A stretch of DNA of 64,000 nucleotides from an uncultured Clostridia bacterium (GTDB taxonomy: Bacteria; Bacillota; Clostridia; Christensenellales; UBA3700). Both the position numbers and the translations under genes were made by a program. Below the pieces are notes generated by a model, which worked only from the letters and a program-made list of their open reading frames with translations, did no database searches and was not told the DNA's origin. Of this stretch, positions 57,977 to 64,000 are shown piece by piece. The stretch covers positions 11,117 through 75,116 of the forward strand of contig CAMXSN010000004.1 of NCBI GenBank assembly GCA_947246685.1, read 5' to 3'. Each line of letters begins with the position of its first letter. Positions within the stretch are counted from its first letter, which is position 1.

Positions 57977-58156
57977 ATGAAGTGGAAACAAATGAATATC
58001 CATGCCGATAAAATAGTAATCACATATAACTTTACAGAACAACCGCCAATCAAAGGAAAACACTTTGATAATGCGGAAAATATAGAAAAGCAGGCTCTAA
58101 ACCCTGCTTTTTCTCTTAATTTAGGTTCGCATAAACGGGAAAACTCTCCGCTATAG
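57977..58156 (+). pseudogene. Possible C-terminal remnant of a large serine recombinase
   Basis: 59-codon ORF MKWKQMNIHADKIVITYNFTEQPP...GSHKRENSPL. The DKIVITYNF segment resembles the conserved C-terminal strand of clostridial large serine recombinases. No RBS, and the upstream frame is broken. Confidence 0.3.
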
Positions 58157-58388
58157 CCAAAAGATTGCTATTTGGCAAAACATAGGTGAGATGATTTTCA
58201 TCTCACTTTTTGTTTATACTCATAAATTATCCAAATATTAAATCAATTTTCGATATAATACATTAACGAAAATACGTCGCCTCAAATTGTCAAAAAGTAT
58301 TGTGCAAGATCGACTAATATGATAAAATATCAATGTATAATCGCTTGTAAAGTTACAAAGCGGTAATAATTTATGACGAGGGATTCTT

Positions 58389-60239
58389 GTGAAAATAAAA
58401 AATAATACGGATAAAAACATTGCTGCTTCGGCAAATGAGAAAAATTATGAATTCGAAGATATGGACGCGGTATACGTCAACAGCTCGGATAGATATTTGC
58501 AGGAAGATTACTGTAAAATCTTAGACGGTAGTAAAAAGAAAAATCTCAAATTATGGGCATGGAAAAACGATAAAGTCTTTGCCGAATTTGCTGTATTATG
58601 TGCGGGAAAAAATCTTGAAAACGTCAAAGTATCTGTTTCGGATTTGATTGGCGATAACGATAATATTCCGTCTTCAAATATTAAATTGTCGTTTGTAAGA
58701 GAAGTCAAAGCCTATACCGGGCACGCAGGATGGTACGCAAACAATCCCAACAACGCGATGCCCAAAGGCGAAAGAAAATACTTCCCCGAGGTGATTTATT
58801 CCGACGATCCCGTATCGATTTGCCCTGATAAATTTCAATTGGTTTGGCTAGAAATCGAAACTCCTAAAGATATATTGTCGGGAGAATACAGCGCAACCGT
58901 TACCGTTGGAGCTGACAATACCGATAAAACCGTTACGCTTGACCTTAGCTTAGAAGTATTGGACGTAACGATGCCGGATTGCGAAAGTTATTCGTTTGAC
59001 GTAGAATATTGGCACCATCCATACAACGTAGCTTATTATTACGGCGTAGAGGCTTTTTCGGAAGAACATCTCAAAATCCTCAAAGACCATATGCTGCTCT
59101 ACAAAAGTGTCGGCGGTCACGCCGTCACTGCAAGTATCGTCGAAGAAGCTTGGGGCGGTCAAACTTACGGTTTTGACAGAGATATTCACTATCCCTCCAT
59201 GATAAAATGGATAAAAACCGATAACGGCGACTGGAAATTCGATTATTCCCATTTTGACAAATGGATAAGTCTCAACAAAGAATTGGGAATTGCTGATAAG
59301 ATAATATGTTATAGCATGATGCCGTGGAAAAACGTCGTCAGATATTACGACGAATCTAAGAGAAAAATAAAAAAATTAAAAGTAAATACCGTCAACAAAA
59401 CAAAATACGGCAAAATATGGCAACCATTTTTGCAATCATTCGTCAAACATCTTGACGAAATGGGTTGGTTTGACAGCGCGTATATAGGATTTGACGAGCG
59501 ACACAATATGGGGACCGCGCTTGACTTGATAGAAACGGTAAAAAATAAGGACGGACGCTCGCTGAAAACGTCGGCGGCATTCAACGATTTCAAACACAAC
59601 GCCGCCGTCTTCAACAGACTCGACTATGCTTCCGTAGGGTTGGATCAAATCAGAAATAACCTGCAAGACTTTAAGGCGCAAGTGAGCATAAGACGGGATA
59701 ATAAGCAAGAAACCTCTATGTATACGGCGACGGAACACGTTCCCAACAGCTTCACGAAATCTATTCCCGCAGAAAGCTACTGGACGGCTATGTTTGCCGG
59801 TTCGCTGAATACCACGGGCTTTTTGCGTTGGGCATACGATGCGTGGGTGAAGAATCCGTTGGAAGAATCCACCCACTGCTCTTTCCCCGCCGGCGATTGT
59901 TTCCTAGTCTATCCTTCGCATAAAAACGAAAAGCCGAAAAGCAAATTCTCTTTGCGTTTGGCAAAGCTTGACGAAGGAGTGAGAGACGTCAACAAACTCT
60001 ACATGTTGCGCGAAATATCGCCGCAGATTGCCAAGGAAGTTCAAAAGCTGTTCGATGAAGTAAAAGGCGGCGAAGAAAATTACTATGAATTTAATACAAT
60101 GGCAAAGACAAATATATGGGGCCGCAAAGCTAAATGGCTCACTGAAAAAGGGAAAAACGATTTGCTCAACGATATGGAAAATATAAAAGGTCGAATTTAT
60201 TTGATTTCTAAAGCTTATTGCGATAAAAACGACCTCTAA
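58389..60239 (+). CDS. DUF4091/GH123-like glycoside-hydrolase-domain protein (function uncertain)
   Basis: 616-aa ORF with a GTG start behind GAGGGA. The overall pattern (LWAWKNDKV...VSDL...IKLSFVREV; WHHPYN; GFDERH) is reminiscent of DUF4091 proteins, from recollection only. Confidence 0.5.
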   Translation: MKIKNNTDKNIAASANEKNYEFEDMDAVYVNSSDRYLQEDYCKILDGSKKKNLKLWAWKNDKVFAEFAVLCAGKNLENVKVSVSDLIGDNDNIPSSNIKLSFVREVKAYTGHAGWYANNPNNAMPKGERKYFPEVIYSDDPVSICPDKFQLVWLEIETPKDILSGEYSATVTVGADNTDKTVTLDLSLEVLDVTMPDCESYSFDVEYWHHPYNVAYYYGVEAFSEEHLKILKDHMLLYKSVGGHAVTASIVEEAWGGQTYGFDRDIHYPSMIKWIKTDNGDWKFDYSHFDKWISLNKELGIADKIICYSMMPWKNVVRYYDESKRKIKKLKVNTVNKTKYGKIWQPFLQSFVKHLDEMGWFDSAYIGFDERHNMGTALDLIETVKNKDGRSLKTSAAFNDFKHNAAVFNRLDYASVGLDQIRNNLQDFKAQVSIRRDNKQETSMYTATEHVPNSFTKSIPAESYWTAMFAGSLNTTGFLRWAYDAWVKNPLEESTHCSFPAGDCFLVYPSHKNEKPKSKFSLRLAKLDEGVRDVNKLYMLREISPQIAKEVQKLFDEVKGGEENYYEFNTMAKTNIWGRKAKWLTEKGKNDLLNDMENIKGRIYLISKAYCDKNDL

Positions 60240-60397
60240 AAAACGTATATGTTCTTGCGGCGCGCGTGATTATTGAAATCTCGTATTTCTGTAGATAAAT
60301 ACTACGCCAAAATACGACGCCTATATCTAAATACCGTTAGATTGACAATCTTTGAGATCTTATGATATAATTAATAAAATATTTACGGAGATATAAA

Positions 60398-60940
60398 ATG
60401 GCAGAAAACCTTAAAACTACAGTAGATTCTAACGGACCTACTTGGCAAAGTAAAAATAACGGCAAAAAGAAGTTGATATCTCTCCTGATTTGTTTGGCGG
60501 CTATAGTCGCATCAATGATTCTTGTCTTCGTGGGCTCGAAAGCTGACAATCAAGCCGTTATGATAATATGCTTAATCTTAGCGATCGTATCGATTGGCTC
60601 AACCATAGCCGTATTAATAATTTCTAAGGTCACTTCTCTCAAATGGGATATTTCAAATCTTTTATTCTACACAATGGAAGACGGATTTTATTTTACAAGC
60701 GTCGTTAACCAGGATTCGTATTTCCAAGCTGACTGGAATGAAATAACCGGATTTTCCGCAGTCGAAACAGGCAATGACACCGCAACGGTAACGATCTATT
60801 TCGACGGCATAGCATACGCAGGTTCTTTCGGAAAAATCAAATCGCTCAAAATGGTCAAGATAAACGAATATTCCAAGCTCAAGGAAGTGTTTATATCGCA
60901 AGGAATCAAAGAAACACAAGCGGATAATAAAAGCAAATGA
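60398..60940 (+). CDS. Membrane protein with two TM helices and a soluble C-terminal domain, unknown function
   Basis: 180 aa, GGAG RBS, hydrophobic segments LISLLICLAAIVASMILVFVG and VMIICLILAIVSIGSTIAVLII. Confidence 0.6.
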   Translation: MAENLKTTVDSNGPTWQSKNNGKKKLISLLICLAAIVASMILVFVGSKADNQAVMIICLILAIVSIGSTIAVLIISKVTSLKWDISNLLFYTMEDGFYFTSVVNQDSYFQADWNEITGFSAVETGNDTATVTIYFDGIAYAGSFGKIKSLKMVKINEYSKLKEVFISQGIKETQADNKSK

Positions 60941-61269
60941 AATGGGCAATGAGTCTTATATGTCCGACGCTTTTGATCATAATAGGCATATTGGCGCTTT
61001 GCATCAAAACAAATCGCAATTACATCTTCGGCTACCGCACGAAAAGGAGTATGGCAAGTCCGGAAAATTGGAAATACGCCAATAAAGTAATGGGAATTGC
61101 TATGATTGCTATCAACGTCGCCTTGCTAGTTCCGATATGTCTGCTCATCGTCTTTGTCGACAATACGCTCGCGATCGTGGGGTCGGTACTCGCGCTATTG
61201 ACTATAGGACTTTTGACAGTGATAGCCATCACCGAATACAAACTTAAAAAACACGGTTCAAACGATTGA
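60937..61269 (+). CDS. SdpI/YhfL-family small membrane protein
   Basis: 110 aa. NYIFGYRTKRSMASPENWKYANK motif between TM helices. 4-nt overlap with the upstream gene. Confidence 0.6.
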   Translation: MKWAMSLICPTLLIIIGILALCIKTNRNYIFGYRTKRSMASPENWKYANKVMGIAMIAINVALLVPICLLIVFVDNTLAIVGSVLALLTIGLLTVIAITEYKLKKHGSND

Positions 61270-61349
61270 TATCGCATTGCCAATCAATTAAAAATAAACG
61301 ATCCCGTCTGCGCGCAGACGGGATCATGTTTTTGCTTATTGTTATACGA

Positions 61350-61553
61350 TTATTCGCCAGCAACTTCATTGAGTTTTTTGACAAGCTCGTCCACGTCTAC
61401 GCCGTGTACCATCGCAGCTTCCTCTATCGTCTCGCCTCTCGCCATCGCGCAACCGAAACAATGCATACCTATACTCAAAAGAGTCTCTGCAATTGCCTCG
61501 CTGTTTTCATGTTGAAGAGCTTCTGCGATAAGCATATCTTTTGTTATTGCCAT
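61350..61553 (-). CDS. DUF1858 / hybrid-cluster-protein-associated redox disulfide domain protein
   Basis: 67 aa. GMHCFGCAMARGETIEEAAMVHGVDVDELVKKLN is the typical signature of this small family. Confidence 0.7.
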   Translation of the reverse strand: MAITKDMLIAEALQHENSEAIAETLLSIGMHCFGCAMARGETIEEAAMVHGVDVDELVKKLNEVAGE

Positions 61554-61619
61554 AAGTCTGCCTCCTGTAACTCTATTATGCTCTAATTATATATTATTAT
61601 GTTGAGTTTGGCTATTGAT

Positions 61620-62693
61620 TTATGCGAAAAATTTCAAATATATCCACGCAGCCAATCCTATTGCCGCGGCAACCGCCAGCACTATCGAGCCGATCTTGAC
61701 AGGCGATTTGGGATATTTGCCGATCATCCTACCGCTGCGTCCGTTGACAATACAAGGATAATTCTTTTTACGGTAAAGATAATTGAATATCCATATCGGT
61801 ACAAGTACGTATTTATAGGTTCGTTGGCTATAATTGCAGTCGATGTGCACGTAATCAACCACGTCGGCGTTGTAACCTTCGACTATTGACCGTCTAAGAC
61901 TTTCGCGCATAACTGTCTGCGCGTCTTCCCAACTCTCGTCCAAACTCTTGTCATATCTCTCGGCAGAATATCCCGACAGAAACTGCGAATGGTATTCCAC
62001 CGCATTATCCGAATCGAACCCACCCAATTTACTTAGGTTGGTCTGCGTAATAGATTTGCTCGCTTCTATCTGAACGTCATTGAAAAAGTCGGATATTTCA
62101 CCGCTGTCATGATACCATCTGATACGCGTTTCCGTACGTCTATTCTTGCCGCTGCCTACCGTTACGGTATAATATTTGCCGTATCTTATGGAATAAAGGG
62201 CATCGCATTGAGCGTCAAATGTAAACACCGGAATATACGTCCCCTTGCACGGCTGACGGTCTGCGAACTTTTTAAGTTTCGACGGAGCCAACGTTTTGCT
62301 TTTGAGCCAGCGTCTGTAAATATCGGGAACATCGGTCTTGCTAATGCCGAAAGGCAATATCGCATTGGGGCGCAATCCTTCCAAACCGTCGGCGTCGACT
62401 ACGTTGGAGGCATTGCAGAACGGACAGTTGGACACAACCTCGAAACTAGGCAAAATGCTTACCGCTCCGCAGGAACGGCATTTAACGCTTTTGACTTCTC
62501 CCCATCCGACGAATTCGTTTTCTACTCCCTCGTAAAACTCCAACTCTTGCGCGTCTGCAACCGGCTGGCATTCCTCCAGCGTGTTGCAGTAATCGCACTT
62601 AAGTTTTTTGCTTTTGGGATCGTAATACAAAAAGTTGCCGCAATTGGGACATTTATATATTTCGCTGTCAAGCTTTTCCACGTCTGACATCAA
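61620..62693 (-). CDS. Zinc-ribbon-rich membrane-anchored protein, YdjG-like
   Basis: 357 aa. CPNCGN...CDYCN, CRSCGA...CPFCN zinc ribbons, and a C-terminal TM helix (IGSIVLAVAAAIGLAAWIYL). Downstream partner of the SPFH gene. Confidence 0.6.
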   Translation of the reverse strand: MMSDVEKLDSEIYKCPNCGNFLYYDPKSKKLKCDYCNTLEECQPVADAQELEFYEGVENEFVGWGEVKSVKCRSCGAVSILPSFEVVSNCPFCNASNVVDADGLEGLRPNAILPFGISKTDVPDIYRRWLKSKTLAPSKLKKFADRQPCKGTYIPVFTFDAQCDALYSIRYGKYYTVTVGSGKNRRTETRIRWYHDSGEISDFFNDVQIEASKSITQTNLSKLGGFDSDNAVEYHSQFLSGYSAERYDKSLDESWEDAQTVMRESLRRSIVEGYNADVVDYVHIDCNYSQRTYKYVLVPIWIFNYLYRKKNYPCIVNGRSGRMIGKYPKSPVKIGSIVLAVAAAIGLAAWIYLKFFA

Positions 62694-62710
62694 TTGCTCC
62701 TAAATATTGA

Positions 62711-63868
62711 TTAGTCTTGTTTGGTGCCGCATTCTGGACAGAATCTTTGATTTTCTTTGAGTTTGCCTCCGCACTGCTTGCAGACTCTTTCTCCCACTCT
62801 GGCTCCGCACTCCGGGCAGAACTTAGCTCCTTCCGCGAGCTCGAATCCGCAACTGACGCACGTCTTTTTAGGCGGTTGCATGTTTGCTCCGCATTCGGGG
62901 CAGAATTTTGCGCCTTTATTGACCTGCGTATGACATGCGGGACAATCTTCCGTCTCTACCGATACTTCGGCTTCTTTCGGCTGATTGACAGCCGGCTCGG
63001 ACACTTCGGACATATTGTCGGCAAACACTTTGCCGAATCCCAATCCTGCGCCCATACCGATACCCAAGCCGCTCACGCCCGAGGTATTGTTTGCGGCGGC
63101 TTTCATAGCCTCCAAAGTTTCGAGCTGAGCATGTTCGCGCATAGCGCCTTTCATTACGCCGACGTTGGTGCGCTTGTCAAGCATCTTTTCCACTTCTTCG
63201 GGCAAAGACAAATTCTCGATAATAAGCGATTTGAGGTCGATACCTATCTTATCGAATTCCTCTCCGACCTTTATCTTTGCCAGATCGGCAAGATCGTCAT
63301 AATGAGCGGCAAGATCAAGAGCGGGAATTTTAGCCTCGGCAATCACGTTAGACAACGCCGACGTAATTATCTTCTTAAAATATTCGTCCACGTTTCTCAC
63401 AGTAAAACTGTTCATCGATCCGATAAGCTCTCTCAAAGCGTTGGTGGGCGTGCCTACAGCAAAAGAATACACGCCGTATCCTCTTACTCTTACCGCTCCG
63501 AAATCCTTATCTCTCATCATCACAGGATTGGCTGTGCCCCATTTCATATTGATAAACTGTTTTGTGGAAATAAAGTATACGTCGCCCGTATAAGGACTTT
63601 CCCAAAGATACTTCCAATTATATAGCTGAGTCAGCAAAGGAAAGTTTTTGATATCGTCGAGTTTATACGTGCCCGGTCCGAAAACGTCGGCTAATTTACC
63701 CTCTTGGATAAACAAAGCTTTTTGACCTTCTCTGACTACGAGCATTGATTTTCTCATTATCTCTTCTTTTCTATCCAAAGGATATTTATAAATAATGTCA
63801 TTGACGTTGTCCGTCTCCCATTGAATGACTTTTCTGAATTGTTTTTTCATGAAATCTCCGAATCCCAT
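62711..63868 (-). CDS. SPFH-domain protein (YdjI-like, virion-core-protein-like) with C-terminal zinc ribbons
   Basis: 385 aa. N-terminal FMKKQFRKVIQWE...VREGQKALFIQEGK...GTYKLD. The C-terminus has repeated CxxC...FCPECG zinc-ribbon units. Confidence 0.7.
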   Translation of the reverse strand: MGFGDFMKKQFRKVIQWETDNVNDIIYKYPLDRKEEIMRKSMLVVREGQKALFIQEGKLADVFGPGTYKLDDIKNFPLLTQLYNWKYLWESPYTGDVYFISTKQFINMKWGTANPVMMRDKDFGAVRVRGYGVYSFAVGTPTNALRELIGSMNSFTVRNVDEYFKKIITSALSNVIAEAKIPALDLAAHYDDLADLAKIKVGEEFDKIGIDLKSLIIENLSLPEEVEKMLDKRTNVGVMKGAMREHAQLETLEAMKAAANNTSGVSGLGIGMGAGLGFGKVFADNMSEVSEPAVNQPKEAEVSVETEDCPACHTQVNKGAKFCPECGANMQPPKKTCVSCGFELAEGAKFCPECGARVGERVCKQCGGKLKENQRFCPECGTKQD

Positions 63869-64000
63869 AATATTGTCTCCTCTTGCTTAGGACGAATCTT
63901 CGTCCCGAATACACATATATTGTAATATTTTGTTTATATATCTGTCAAGAACCAAATTATGCAGTTATTACACAGTTTGTTCAATTTTTGCACGGCGCGA

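Noticed and set aside
62109-63625. Plus-strand ORFs of 192 and 302 aa.
   Set aside because: They are antisense shadows of the YdjG-like and SPFH genes, with no start context or motifs.

Overview
64-kb chromosomal segment that looks like a low-to-moderate-GC Bacillota (Firmicutes) genome: lipobox lipoproteins, ECF-type ThiT, a YdjG/YdjI-like pair, AGGAGG-type ribosome-binding sites. No rRNA and no CRISPR array. The segment 1-27 kb is mostly housekeeping: a truncated GH2 beta-galactosidase, a PuuR-like regulator with a potABCD polyamine importer, a DEAD-box helicase, an SDR, an MFS transporter, a repeat-containing lipoprotein, a cluster of REP/MITE-like inverted repeats, a TPP riboswitch with ThiT, a MarR-controlled heterodimeric ABC exporter, an acyl-CoA synthetase with TetR, tRNA-Met/fMet/Glu, Ppx/GppA, PnuC, and an LRR lipoprotein. 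The centre (28.1-37.0 kb) holds the most interesting content. A TIR-methyltransferase fusion gene is transcribed divergently from a tightly packed five-gene operon: a TIR protein, a ~737-aa orphan, a ParA-like ATPase with a KGGSGRT Walker A, a 772-aa orphan, and a GNAT. The second gene is interrupted by a C11 homopolymer that separates its coupled ATG from the main reading frame. I could not match this arrangement to any defence system I know, and I propose it as a candidate novel TIR-based conflict or defence system. Next come tRNA-Ser and a tenA-thiN-thiD-thiE(HAD) operon behind tandem TPP riboswitches. From 43.1 to 57.3 kb there is a mosaic mobile/defence island. It carries three serine recombinases, an HUH Rep with iteron-like repeats and GC-rich palindromes, an HpaII-type R-M module (C-protein, Vsr, two m5C methyltransferases, and an REase broken by one in-frame TAA), and an AT-rich Gabija-like OLD nuclease plus UvrD helicase pair. 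The right end has a recombinase remnant, a DUF4091-like protein, small membrane proteins and a YdjG/YdjI-like SPFH module. All calls rest on manual reading and motif recognition. No database search was run.
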